A stretch of 64,000 nt of DNA from Thermoprotei archaeon (GCA_003649205.1 QMRC01000003.1:160001-224000); one strand, 5' to 3'; positions 10,175 through 20,443 are shown, counted from the stretch's first letter. The notes: generated by a model from the sequence alone, not told the origin. Made by a program: numbers and translations.

Positions 10175-12340
10175 CTAGCTAAGTAGCTTCCTAACAGCTT
10201 TATCTACAGTAGCTTTAGCGGTCTCTATATCGGTTCTGAGAGCAGCAGCCACATCGTCCAAAGGTTTACCCTGCAGTACATAAGCAATCAACGCAACTAA
10301 TTCGCTGAAGCTTAGATCTACTGAAGGGGATTCACATAACTTCCTCAATGTTGCTAAGTAAATAGCATCCATAGCTGATTCAAGTAGAATCCTCCTACTT
10401 AAGTACATCTCGAGTCTCTTCTCTTGATTTCTCGTTAACTCAATTCTCACTGACACAGGTACCCTAATACTCTTCAATACACTAGCAACAACCTCAGCAC
10501 TTAAATCCCTGTAGACACTCATTAAGCAGGTAAGTAATCTAACCTTAAATTCCCTCAATGCTTCTTCAACGTAATGTCGCATCCTAGTACTCAGTGGCTT
10601 TATCACAGCTATGTTCTTCTCACCTGTCACCTTATTGAATCGTGGAGATACATAGATTGGTAAGTACCCGTTCTTTAACCAAAAGTCAATGATGTCATTT
10701 CTAGAGAATATAGCACCGATCCAGTCAAGGTTTATACTACGTGCTTCCTCCTCGAGGAAGTTTAGTAGTTTTGAACCGTAGCCTCTTCTCTGTAGATTAG
10801 GTACTACAGCAATCCTAACAATTCTCCAGCCTCTTGTCTTAGCAGCTTCCTTAGGACCGTACCTCAGTAACTTATCTAAGACCAGTACTCCTCTTAGACC
10901 ACGTGTAATAGCTCTCTCAACATCACGAATAGGTCCTTCCTCAGCTATCTGCGCAACAGCTACAACTCCTCTATCGGAGTTGAGTATACGAATGTGGTGA
11001 TGAGGGGCGTCAAGCATGGTCATTAAGTCATCAGGTTCATTCCTGTAGTGCGCTAGAGCGAGTAAGCCATAGACTTTCCGTAGTAAATCCCTATCCTTAA
11101 CTAGCTGTTCTTGATCTACAGAAGAGTACTCCACATTCTCTGGTTTCGGTATCTCTATTGGGTCTACTCGGAGAAAGAATACTTGGTAAAGCCACTCTTC
11201 AAGTGGATCATTTGATAGGTACCTAATAGGTACCTTGAACTCGTAGACTAGTGGACTAGGTAGCTGCTTAATTAGCAGTTCAGAAGCTACCCTTCCAGAA
11301 CCTTCGTAACCGTGGACTGTAGTCACCATCATGACCTTCCTACTCTTAGCACACAACCTCCTAACACGAGCAGCACCAACAGCAGCAGCCTCATCAATCA
11401 CCGTTAATCTAGCACCAGTAGCTAACCAAGGGACAACATACCTAACTTCAAAACCCCTACCCCTAATACCCACTACACTTCCCTTCTCAGTAATTGTCTT
11501 ATAATCAATACCTAGCTTCTCTAGCCCTAGACAGAGGAACTTCATGAATGTCGTGATACTGCGTGGTGAAGGTGCTGTTACCAAAATCTCATCAGTGTAG
11601 TTATGTGCTATAGCCAGCGCAGTTGCTAGACCGAGAGCAGCGCTCTTCCCTCTACCACGATCACCTTTACCAACTAAAACCTTAAGTGTTAAGTCACTAA
11701 GCAGTCTTAAGCTATGCAAAACGAACTCGTACTGATCCTCAGTAGCACATAGCGAAAGTACCTTTCTCAACCTCTCATCAACATTCGTGATCTCGGGTGT
11801 GAACTGTCTTCGAGATAACTTACTCGGTAGATTACGCAATACCACCTCACCGCTATCAACATCAACTACAAGGATTGATCTACACAACTTAAGCGACTCA
11901 AGTAAATACCTACGGAAGGTACCTCTACCACCCTCGACACCTGGACTCCACAAACTAAGTGACTTAGTTAACCAGATACTGAATCCACCGCACCTAATCA
12001 TCTCTGATGCAGCAGAAACAGCATTAGGTCTGAAGAAGTACCTAAAATCCATAATGACAGAGCTATACTCCCTACCTAGGTAACTAGTCAGCTCATGAAA
12101 TCTAGCTACCTCAATATCATGCACAGCAAGTACCTTACGTAGGTCCCTACTATCAGTAAATGCGAGTATAGGTCTAGCTAGGTGCCCAAGTAGTGTGCTT
12201 AATACGTGTATTACTTGTTCTGTATCACCACTGAGGACTATCAGACCTCTAGCATTACAGCTCCTAACATAGTCGATGAATTGCTTAATCTCATCAGCAA
12301 TACTACCTGTAGTTCTCATAGACATGGCAACTACATGCAA
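10175..12340 (-). CDS. tmcA: RNA cytidine acetyltransferase TmcA/Nat10 (start probably 12319 or 12325)
   Basis: GDRGRGKS; IDEAA; TTVHGYEGSGR; AHYRNEPDDL; RIVRIAV..QRRGYGS. Confidence 0.93.
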   Translation of the reverse strand: MHVVAMSMRTTGSIADEIKQFIDYVRSCNARGLIVLSGDTEQVIHVLSTLLGHLARPILAFTDSRDLRKVLAVHDIEVARFHELTSYLGREYSSVIMDFRYFFRPNAVSAASEMIRCGGFSIWLTKSLSLWSPGVEGGRGTFRRYLLESLKLCRSILVVDVDSGEVVLRNLPSKLSRRQFTPEITNVDERLRKVLSLCATEDQYEFVLHSLRLLSDLTLKVLVGKGDRGRGKSAALGLATALAIAHNYTDEILVTAPSPRSITTFMKFLCLGLEKLGIDYKTITEKGSVVGIRGRGFEVRYVVPWLATGARLTVIDEAAAVGAARVRRLCAKSRKVMMVTTVHGYEGSGRVASELLIKQLPSPLVYEFKVPIRYLSNDPLEEWLYQVFFLRVDPIEIPKPENVEYSSVDQEQLVKDRDLLRKVYGLLALAHYRNEPDDLMTMLDAPHHHIRILNSDRGVVAVAQIAEEGPIRDVERAITRGLRGVLVLDKLLRYGPKEAAKTRGWRIVRIAVVPNLQRRGYGSKLLNFLEEEARSINLDWIGAIFSRNDIIDFWLKNGYLPIYVSPRFNKVTGEKNIAVIKPLSTRMRHYVEEALREFKVRLLTCLMSVYRDLSAEVVASVLKSIRVPVSVRIELTRNQEKRLEMYLSRRILLESAMDAIYLATLRKLCESPSVDLSFSELVALIAYVLQGKPLDDVAAALRTDIETAKATVDKAVRKLLS

Positions 12341-13577
12341 TGAATGTTATCGTACCTAGATCAACGTCAAGACCACTTCTCTTAAGTTCTTCCGTAATGT
12401 ACTTCATTACCTCTCTAACGGCAAATACATTGTGTACGAAGGCACTCCTAAAGTCGTGGCTCCTCATGTACACCGTAGCATGTAGCTTACCATCCCTAAT
12501 CATGAATTGCCACAGTATGAAACAAGGTGGGTTCTCTGTCTTGACCAAGTCCTCGTAAGGACTCCAGAACACAGCAACAGCTTGTCTAGTACTCGGTTCA
12601 CTACGTAACTTATCGACGATAGCTCGCAATTGATCACCGAACTTAACCCTCAACCTCTCACCATAGCTATACTCATAACCCTCAATACTCCTACCCTCGA
12701 GAATAGCTCTACAGTACTCCTCAAGATACTTCTTAGCACCAAGTGGGTACTCTCTAGGTACTTCATCACAGAGAGGATCAAGTACGTGTATCACGACATT
12801 CATTAACTCCTTCGTAATTCCAAACCTAGACTCAACACATCTACCAAATCTCTCAATTAGTCGAATCACTTCCCTATAGGCATCAGCTACTGACCTCGCA
12901 ACAACGACTGTAAGGTTCTGTGATAGAGTCTCCACATACCCCCCGCTCACCTTACTCGTTACCTTGACTATATATGGCTCTAAGTCATATGCACCAGGAT
13001 CGAATAACCTATACTTAATACCCTTCACCTCAATCTCAACAGCATTCCAAGGTTCCTGAATACAGCCTCTAATCACCTTTCTCAGCATCTCCCTATCCGT
13101 CACACCTAGCATATCAATGACAATTACCTGATCACGAAATCTCTCAATAGCTTCAAGCGGCAGATTTGGTATGTAGGCCGTTGGTGCATCGCAATTCAGC
13201 ACTCTCCTACTCTCTGGATCCACACCATACCTCCACAACTTAATCATAGCTTCACCACTACGATGACCGCTTGTATCGTGACCAACAACTACTAGGTACC
13301 TAATGTTTGGATTAGCTAGCACATTACATACTACCTTCTCAATCCCTATGTTAGCTGTCTTACAGAAACCAGCTATTGCTACACCAAGCTCAATAGCTGT
13401 CTTCACCAATTCATTACCTACCTCATCATCCAGTGGTACCATTACAGCAACGGGATGGAACTTATTACCAAGTACGTAATTCCCATCCTCAACAGTCCAC
13501 CTATCCGGAACATTACACTTACTACACTCCTTACCTCTCCACGAAACCTTAACATGCTGAATAACACTGTAGCTCAT
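12303..13577 (-). CDS. MtrA-like corrinoid-binding domain fused to thymidylate synthase
   Basis: N-terminal KTANIGIEKVVCNVLANPNIRYL..GH.SG..ERFRDQV; C-terminal YSYGERL, TRQA, PPC, RSHD..N, HVY. Confidence 0.85.
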   Translation of the reverse strand: MSYSVIQHVKVSWRGKECSKCNVPDRWTVEDGNYVLGNKFHPVAVMVPLDDEVGNELVKTAIELGVAIAGFCKTANIGIEKVVCNVLANPNIRYLVVVGHDTSGHRSGEAMIKLWRYGVDPESRRVLNCDAPTAYIPNLPLEAIERFRDQVIVIDMLGVTDREMLRKVIRGCIQEPWNAVEIEVKGIKYRLFDPGAYDLEPYIVKVTSKVSGGYVETLSQNLTVVVARSVADAYREVIRLIERFGRCVESRFGITKELMNVVIHVLDPLCDEVPREYPLGAKKYLEEYCRAILEGRSIEGYEYSYGERLRVKFGDQLRAIVDKLRSEPSTRQAVAVFWSPYEDLVKTENPPCFILWQFMIRDGKLHATVYMRSHDFRSAFVHNVFAVREVMKYITEELKRSGLDVDLGTITFIACSCHVYENYR

Positions 13578-13712
13578 GGGTACTCACACTTGAGATAGTA
13601 CCAGAACCATAATTAACTTACGACGACATAGATCGTGAGGTATATGTAGATGCTTCGAAGTGTAGAGAATGTAGCTAAGGTTTAAAGAGACATAGTATTC
13701 TGATCACGTTGG

Positions 13713-13761
13713 ATGATGCTCTCGGGGCTCACTGAAAAGTGATGACTAGCTCCATCGATGA
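13713..13761 (+). ncRNA. Box C/D sRNA
   Basis: ATGATGC-tctcggggctca-CTGA-aaa-GTGATGA-ctagctccatcg-ATGA; TTTAAAG at 13681. Confidence 0.65.
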
Positions 13762-13839
13762 CACACACTCTACTTCTCTCTAGGTAATAAGCGGATAAAG
13801 GAGGAGAAAAAGACCGGGTTTGTGAGTACTTACAAGTAC

Positions 13840-15342
13840 TCACTTGTTCTCTCTCTTGTTCATTACCTTACCACACCATTCAGGATGTGTCAATCCTCGT
13901 TCTTCCGGTGTTCCTGGTATCAGGTTATCTAGCACGATGCCGACTATAGCTGCAACGGCCATACCTGTCTCGAGTATAATCTCAACTATTTCACCTAACC
14001 ACATTAGTTGTGGAGGTAGCAGTGCGACGATTGCTCCTCTACCTTTAACACCGTATGGGTTGTAACCTTTCATCCACATAGGTACGCTTAGACCGAGGTA
14101 CAGTGACATGCCTACGATCAGTAGGTTTCTAGGTGATTTCAAGTCTATTAGCGTAAGCAGCGAAGCTCCTACAGCAGCTATCATACCGAATACTACGAGA
14201 TATAGACCTCCAATAATTGGCTTAGGAATTGTCGCCATGAGTGCTCCGAACTTACCGAAGAACCCCATTAGCAGCATGAATACCGCACCTAGCTGAATGA
14301 CGTATCTACTAGCTACCCTAACTAACCCAATGACACCTATGTTCTCTGAATAACTCGTGTACCCTCCAGCACAACCGAAGATACCACCAATTAGGCAGCC
14401 AAGGCCTTCAGCACCGAGACCCTTGGATATTGTCTTTTCGTCTGGTGGTGGTGCCTCACTCACCCTACATACTGTGTGGTAGTCACCTATAGACTCAACC
14501 ATCGATGCTACGTAAGCAGCTAACATACCGAGGATGAACGCTGGTACGAACTTAGGTAAACCCCATGGAAATGGCTTCGGTATGTTTAACCAAGGTAATT
14601 CCATGAGTGGCCTTAAATTCACGTACCCTGGATCACCAGGTTTTAGGAAGCCAGTTATCGAGAGTAGTAGTGCAACTACGTAGCTGATCATGACACCGAG
14701 TACTACTGGGAACAGCATGAATATCCTGTACCTCCTGCCAAGTACTTGACTAAACAGCACAATGAGTACCACTGTAAGTAGTGCAAGACCCCAGTTACCA
14801 CTTGCCTGTGAAGCTCCTACATCAGCTAGTGAGAGCCCAATAACTATTATCGTTGGCCCGATAGATACAGGTGTTATGTACCTTCTCAATAGACCAGCTA
14901 ATCCACTGTACCCAATCACGATCTCAAAGAATGAAGCACCTATGATAGCTCCTGTTGTGTAGAGTAGTATTTCGCTACCTCTAATCCCCATGCTCTTACA
15001 GGTAGCTATGATAGCTACTAGAGGTCCTAGAAAGGAGAATGAGGATCCTTGTACGATAGGTAACCCACTACCTACCTTTTTCCACGTTTGCAGTAGTGTA
15101 GTAATACCTGCACAGAAGAATTGAATACATACTAGCTTTGCTGTATCCTCTGGCGTTAGCTCCATTAGTGATGCTAGGAGTAGCGGAACTGCGACTGTAG
15201 CTCCAAACATTGTGAGGTAGTGTTGGAATCCTAGGAACAGTGCTGTAAGGAGTGGTGGTTTCTCTTCGATTCCATAGATTATGAATCTCTTTGTTTTAGT
15301 GTCTCTACTCTCTCTGCTAATTTCTTCAGGTAGCTTACTCAG
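13840..15342 (-). CDS. NCS2/NAT (uracil/xanthine) permease; start extended to CTG at 15342
   Basis: SYSENIG NAT signature; conserved YGIEEKPP..GFQHYL lies in frame upstream of the first ATG (15210). Confidence 0.88.
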   Translation of the reverse strand: MSKLPEEISRESRDTKTKRFIIYGIEEKPPLLTALFLGFQHYLTMFGATVAVPLLLASLMELTPEDTAKLVCIQFFCAGITTLLQTWKKVGSGLPIVQGSSFSFLGPLVAIIATCKSMGIRGSEILLYTTGAIIGASFFEIVIGYSGLAGLLRRYITPVSIGPTIIVIGLSLADVGASQASGNWGLALLTVVLIVLFSQVLGRRYRIFMLFPVVLGVMISYVVALLLSITGFLKPGDPGYVNLRPLMELPWLNIPKPFPWGLPKFVPAFILGMLAAYVASMVESIGDYHTVCRVSEAPPPDEKTISKGLGAEGLGCLIGGIFGCAGGYTSYSENIGVIGLVRVASRYVIQLGAVFMLLMGFFGKFGALMATIPKPIIGGLYLVVFGMIAAVGASLLTLIDLKSPRNLLIVGMSLYLGLSVPMWMKGYNPYGVKGRGAIVALLPPQLMWLGEIVEIILETGMAVAAIVGIVLDNLIPGTPEERGLTHPEWCGKVMNKRENK

Positions 15343-15441
15343 AAAACCCTTACCGATCTAGAGATTTGGGGAGTTATTAAGTTAACGTTTTCATACGGTT
15401 AGGTATTGTTACTGTATTGCTGTCACACACTCTGATAGGCT

Positions 15442-15490
15442 TCAGCGATAGCTGGTTTCTTCACTAATCTGCTAGATGGCCCCTCATCAC
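15442..15490 (-). ncRNA. Box C/D sRNA, probable 23S rRNA target
   Basis: GTGATGA-ggggccatctag-CAGA-tta-GTGAAGA-aaccagctatcg-CTGA; D guide complements conserved 23S GATAGCTGGTT. Confidence 0.88.
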
Positions 15491-15540
15491 CGTTCCCACA
15501 TACTTACCTAGATGTTTTTATTCCTCACCGAGTTAGAGCT

Positions 15541-16134
15541 ATGGGGATCTCCGTGAGTACTGTTACCGAGATTATGACAACCTACTTCTCTAGGCCAGGT
15601 CCTGAAAATACAGAGAAGACGCTTAGAGTAGCTAAGGAGTACGCAGAGAGGTACGGTATTCGTAATGTGGTTGTTGCTTCGACAACGGGAAGGACTGGTC
15701 TACTAGCTACTGAGGTCTTTAAAGGTTTCAACCTAGTTATCGTAACTCATGCTACTGGTTTCATTAAGCCTGGTTATCAAGAGATGAGTGAGGACGTTAG
15801 GAGGGAGCTTGAGAGGAGGGGGGCTAAGGTCTTAACCTGTGTTCATGCTTTTGCTGGTGTTGAGAGAGGTATTAGGCAAGCTCTCAATATTTGGCTACCC
15901 GTTGAGTTGATAGCTTTAGCTCTGAGGAGATTATTCGGAGAAGGTGTTAAGGTGGCTATTGAGATAACATTGATGGCTGCAGATGCAGGTCTAATACCAC
16001 TGGATGAAGATGTTATTGCTATTGCTGGTACAGGTCACGGTGCAGACACAGCACTACACATAAAACCAGCTACTACGAGCAACTTCTTTGACTTAAAAGT
16101 GAGGAGAATAATATGCAAACCAGATACCTTCTAG
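15541..16134 (+). CDS. Pyruvate kinase C-terminal-like protein (COG1751-type)
   Basis: YF..PG..NT; VVASTTG; GVKVAIEI.LMAADAG; GADTA. Confidence 0.85.
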   Translation: MGISVSTVTEIMTTYFSRPGPENTEKTLRVAKEYAERYGIRNVVVASTTGRTGLLATEVFKGFNLVIVTHATGFIKPGYQEMSEDVRRELERRGAKVLTCVHAFAGVERGIRQALNIWLPVELIALALRRLFGEGVKVAIEITLMAADAGLIPLDEDVIAIAGTGHGADTALHIKPATTSNFFDLKVRRIICKPDTF

Positions 16135-16400
16135 CACTACACTACAGAAGGTACTTACTGAGGAAGCTAGAGCAAAAGGGTGTAGTAAATTTCGTGCTGA
16201 TGATACTACTCTTCGTACTAGCTATAGTACTCGCTCTACTCGTATTTCTGTTACTGAGCAAGCTGATAATCATACTGCTGCCGGCAATATTCGCTGCGTT
16301 CCTAGTTTACGTCTTCACTAAGAGCGGTTTCTGGTCATTAGTAACCTTTCTAGTGGTTGCTCTCTTGGTGTCTCTGCTAAAAGTATTTGTATGGATCTAG
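16113..16400 (+). CDS. Small membrane protein (start probably ~16195-16200)
   Basis: Hydrophobic C-terminal ~65 aa. Confidence 0.5.
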   Translation: MQTRYLLALHYRRYLLRKLEQKGVVNFVLMILLFVLAIVLALLVFLLLSKLIIILLPAIFAAFLVYVFTKSGFWSLVTFLVVALLVSLLKVFVWI

Positions 16401-18115
16401 TTTTTGACCGTAAAGTACTTAGCTAATTCGCCAACTACTTCACTTAGCTCACTTACCGATTTAAATGGTCTCATCCTCATGATCTTCCTTACCTTGTCTT
16501 CAGTCATACCTGGAATCAGCTTCAGTACCTTGAGGGGAGCTGAATTCACGTCAAGGGGGTACGGTACAGCAACTACAGATCTAAATCCATGGTCAACCAC
16601 TAGGAAGTCCATGTACTTACCTAGCTCTAACCTCATGGGACACCATATGAGTAGGGGGTATGTGCCTACTTGTCTAGCATATGTACCACCACCGTAGTGA
16701 GCTTCTGTAAATGCTCTCTTCAGTACGGTACCCTTGGGAACTACTTTCCTGAGCATGGGTAAGTCTATTTCCTTACGTACCTTCCTCTTGAAGCTTTGAA
16801 AGTAGTTCCAATGTCTCCTAATTATTGAGGTACCTACGCTAGCCATTCGAGTACACGGTAGTACGAGTACCTGTCTAATGTTTACTCTCCTAATGAGGTA
16901 ACCTAGCTCAAGTACCTTCTTTAGGAATATGTAGTTGAGGTAGTACGTTTCTTTTGTTTCACCTATTAATCCACAGACGAAGTTTACTCCAGGTAGTAGT
17001 TCAGGTAACCCATTCCAACCACGTACAGAACCAACTTCACATATTATCCTAATTGCCTCAAGAGCTTCATCGGGCATTACCTTAAGGTTATTCAACCTAA
17101 CAACTCTTGGGTCAGCACTCTCAATACCGAAGGCAGCTACATCACCTGGTGTGTGGTACTTGATTATTATCTTGGTTATTTCTCTCGCTTCTCTTGGATG
17201 ATGATAGACTGTACCCGGATTAACATTATCTATGTGTAGAGTCTCGAGTTCTGGAGCAACATTCCTTATACCACGAAATAATCTCTCAATAACTTCAGGT
17301 CTAGGTTTAGGGAACTCCTCAACGCCTGTATCCTTAGCCCAGTAAGCGTAGAGATCTGGTTGCCGACCAATCCTAAAGCACCTAACACCCCATTCGTACA
17401 GTGCTCTAATTTCCTCAACAACATCCTCTACATCTCTAAACTTAACACAACCCCAAAGTGGTTCAATACAGAATGAACAGCCGCCAGTTATGTACCTTGG
17501 ACACCCTCTATATGTCTCGATCTCACAAATCAGGTTCTTACCATAGTTCGGGTGCTGAGTAACTATCCTCGCACCCTTGATAGCGAATTCACGTATTTCT
17601 CGATAGCTCTCCCTCAACCTATGTGGATCAACGTAATCAACTCTAAGACCCTCCCTAACTAGGTCATGCACAACAACCTCGATATCACCTGGAACCACTA
17701 AGTCAAAGTACTTACTGAAGTACTCTGGTGGAGTAGCTATTTCACCACCAACACCACCAAGACCAAACCTAGCAACAGGACCACCGAGAACCTTAATAGG
17801 CTTCCTCATTAACTGTGGCCATAGAGTTAATTCCTCTTCCTTAATTGGTTCGCCACCTAAGTACTTACCTGGAACTATGACACCAGCTATGAACACCACT
17901 AGATCTGATTCATTGCATATCTTCATGACCTCACTGAAGTGTGCCCTAACGTAGTCAACGGTGAAGTACAGTACCTGTGCAGAGGGATTTACTGACCATA
18001 CAGCTCCTGCTACATACCTTGGGAAGACATCTAGGTACGGTGGTACACCAAGTCCTGCTGGAGTATCCACATAACCATCGATTATAACTACCTTCTCAAC
18101 TAACTTCCCAACCAT
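16397..18115 (-). CDS. Radical SAM protein with C-terminal HhH (COG1031-like)
   Basis: IDGYVD.PAGLGVPPY; ETYRGC..GGCSFC; C-terminal DVNSA..IPG. Confidence 0.88.
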   Translation of the reverse strand: MVGKLVEKVVIIDGYVDTPAGLGVPPYLDVFPRYVAGAVWSVNPSAQVLYFTVDYVRAHFSEVMKICNESDLVVFIAGVIVPGKYLGGEPIKEEELTLWPQLMRKPIKVLGGPVARFGLGGVGGEIATPPEYFSKYFDLVVPGDIEVVVHDLVREGLRVDYVDPHRLRESYREIREFAIKGARIVTQHPNYGKNLICEIETYRGCPRYITGGCSFCIEPLWGCVKFRDVEDVVEEIRALYEWGVRCFRIGRQPDLYAYWAKDTGVEEFPKPRPEVIERLFRGIRNVAPELETLHIDNVNPGTVYHHPREAREITKIIIKYHTPGDVAAFGIESADPRVVRLNNLKVMPDEALEAIRIICEVGSVRGWNGLPELLPGVNFVCGLIGETKETYYLNYIFLKKVLELGYLIRRVNIRQVLVLPCTRMASVGTSIIRRHWNYFQSFKRKVRKEIDLPMLRKVVPKGTVLKRAFTEAHYGGGTYARQVGTYPLLIWCPMRLELGKYMDFLVVDHGFRSVVAVPYPLDVNSAPLKVLKLIPGMTEDKVRKIMRMRPFKSVSELSEVVGELAKYFTVKN

Positions 18116-18211
18116 TTCACGTTCATTAGCTCTACTTCAGCTTAAAAACGTACTAACTTACCAATCCCTATTAGGCTAAGGTTTTTAGACTTAGCCACAG
18201 TTCACTAGACT

Positions 18212-18943
18212 ATGGGAGAGCTAAATGGTGTTAAGTCACTAGAGCTACTAGTTCTAGTCGATAACACTCCAGGACGTGAGGAATTACGCTCTGCATGGGG
18301 TCTTTCCATACTATTGAAGACAGATAGCTACGTAGGGCTCTTCGATACAGGTCCCGACCCCTATACCCTTCAGCACAACATGGATGTCCTCGGTATCGAT
18401 CCTAAGTCACTAAGCTTCATAGTTATCTCTCACGACCATTGGGATCACGTCGGTGGTTTAAGATACTTAGCTGAGTCCGGTACTAGGTGCAACGTATTCA
18501 TCCCATCATCAGCAATCGATCTAGGCGAATGGCTGCAAAGACATGGATTTATAGTTACCAGAGTTGATTCACGTACTGAAGTTGCTCAAGGTACTACTGT
18601 ATTCCTGTTGGGGAACTTCATTGATGAGCTATCTATGGTAGTCACTGTCAAGAACTTCGGTGGTGTACTGCTTGTAGGTTGCTCACATCCAGGTATTGAA
18701 CGTATTGTTGAGACTGCACATGGGATTGCAAAAAGGCTTAGAGTTGTTATTGGTGGTATGCACCTACTCGATGCATCTGAAGATAGGTTGAGAAAGGTAG
18801 TGAATACGTTTGAGCAGTATAGTATTGATGAGGTCTACGCTATTCATTGTACCGGTGATGTAGCTACTGAGTACTTCCGTGAGAAACTACCTTCGTACAG
18901 AGTAGGTTTTACGGGTTTGGTTCTCAGGTACGGTACTTGCTAG
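18212..18943 (+). CDS. MBL-fold hydrolase (COG1237-like)
   Basis: WGLS; FDTG; SHDHWDH; GCSHPG; HCTG. Confidence 0.88.
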   Translation: MGELNGVKSLELLVLVDNTPGREELRSAWGLSILLKTDSYVGLFDTGPDPYTLQHNMDVLGIDPKSLSFIVISHDHWDHVGGLRYLAESGTRCNVFIPSSAIDLGEWLQRHGFIVTRVDSRTEVAQGTTVFLLGNFIDELSMVVTVKNFGGVLLVGCSHPGIERIVETAHGIAKRLRVVIGGMHLLDASEDRLRKVVNTFEQYSIDEVYAIHCTGDVATEYFREKLPSYRVGFTGLVLRYGTC

Positions 18944-19146
18944 ACTTCTCTAACTGGGCACTTATCCTTTATCTTCTTCAATATCTCTTCAGCAGTCTTT
19001 GGGTCTAGCTTAATTGTATAGAGGTACCTCTTCAATCTGAGCTTAAGCTTAACTATACCCTCATCCTCAAGTCTCTTAACACGGCATTCCCTTGCGTACT
19101 GAGCTAATCTAATGAACTCATCAATATTGAATATTTCCTTCGGCAT
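18940..19146 (-). CDS. rpl38e: Ribosomal protein eL38
   Basis: MPKEI..F; KLKLR..RYLYT. Confidence 0.9.
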   Translation of the reverse strand: MPKEIFNIDEFIRLAQYARECRVKRLEDEGIVKLKLRLKRYLYTIKLDPKTAEEILKKIKDKCPVREV

Positions 19147-19177
19147 AATCCCTAACCACGACCTCTAGGGTACTGAA

Positions 19178-20443
19178 TTATAAATCTTCTTCGTGGCCTA
19201 TCTCTGGTACCTCCACATCGAAGTTCATTTCCCTGAGGTACTCAGCAAACTTCACACCACCTTCAGGCTCTGTATGTACCAGCACGATCTTAGCATCACT
19301 AAATCTCTTAACGAAATTAATTAGTTCCCTTCTACCGCAATGTGATGAGAAGTCAAACCACTCCACTCTAGCCTCTACTCTAAGCTTCTCAGCACCTAGC
19401 TCAAAGGTACCTTCCTCAAGTATTCTGAAGCCAGGTGTAGTAGGTGATTGGTAACTAACGAAGATTACTGCATTACGTGGATCACTGTACAGCTTCTTTA
19501 GGTAGAATAGTGCTGCACCACCTTTGAGCATACCTGCTGGTGATATTATTACGCAGGGTTTCTTGAGTATCCTCTTCCTCATATCCCATCCGTTAACCTG
19601 CTCAACTCTCTCAAGCACATCCATATATCTCCTGTAGTCCCTAAGATATCGTGGGTACTTAGCTAGAATCTCCGCAGCTTGCCTAGCCATTCCATCGACG
19701 TATATCGGGTACTCTGGGATCTCTTCAGCACACACAAACATTATCTCTTGTGCTCTACCTACGGAGAATGCTGGTACCAGTACCTTACCACCTTCATTAA
19801 GGACCTCCAGCACTGTTCTAACGAACTTTCTCCTCACATCTTCCCTCCTTGGATGATTGTAGAGTGCGTACGTTGCCTCCATGATCACGACATCTACCTT
19901 CCCTACACTGTACACATCTGCACCCCTGAGCAATTCCGTCGATACCGTGTTGAAGTCTCCTGTGTACAGTATCCTCTTGTCATCGACCTCTATCACAGTC
20001 ATTATGCTACCTGGTATGTGACCAGCATTTAGGAAGGTTATGCGGAAACTACCTAGCTCAAGTGATTCGCCGTACTCAATAGCTTGTACGTTCCTCATCA
20101 TTTTTCTTATCTCAACATCCTCGTATGGTAGGTAGTAACCAGAGATCTTCAACATGTCATTCAGTAGTAAATTGCTTAATTCTGCAGTTAAGCTCGTGGT
20201 ATAGAGTGGTAGTGAGTACGTTGTGTAGAGTAGTGGTATTGCACCACAGTGATCGAGGTGAGCATGAGATAGTACAATACCTTTTAGCTCTTTTGGTGCT
20301 ACGTGCAGTGGAAATACTGGTCTATCATTTTCGTCAAAGCCAACACCGTAGTCGAGAAGTAGCTTCTCACCACTACGTGACTCAAGTAGTATAGCTGTTC
20401 TACCGACTTCCCTACCTGAACCAAGTATCTTTAGCTTAACCAT
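19178..20443 (-). CDS. Beta-CASP ribonuclease (aCPSF2-like)
   Basis: GSGREVGR; SHAHLDH; AGHIPGS; YTGD; FSSH. Confidence 0.9.
   Translation of the reverse strand: MVKLKILGSGREVGRTAILLESRSGEKLLLDYGVGFDENDRPVFPLHVAPKELKGIVLSHAHLDHCGAIPLLYTTYSLPLYTTSLTAELSNLLLNDMLKISGYYLPYEDVEIRKMMRNVQAIEYGESLELGSFRITFLNAGHIPGSIMTVIEVDDKRILYTGDFNTVSTELLRGADVYSVGKVDVVIMEATYALYNHPRREDVRRKFVRTVLEVLNEGGKVLVPAFSVGRAQEIMFVCAEEIPEYPIYVDGMARQAAEILAKYPRYLRDYRRYMDVLERVEQVNGWDMRKRILKKPCVIISPAGMLKGGAALFYLKKLYSDPRNAVIFVSYQSPTTPGFRILEEGTFELGAEKLRVEARVEWFDFSSHCGRRELINFVKRFSDAKIVLVHTEPEGGVKFAEYLREMNFDVEVPEIGHEEDL

Noticed and set aside
12303-13577. MtrA domain as evidence of methanogenesis
   Set aside because: No membrane anchor and no other mtr or mcr genes in the window.
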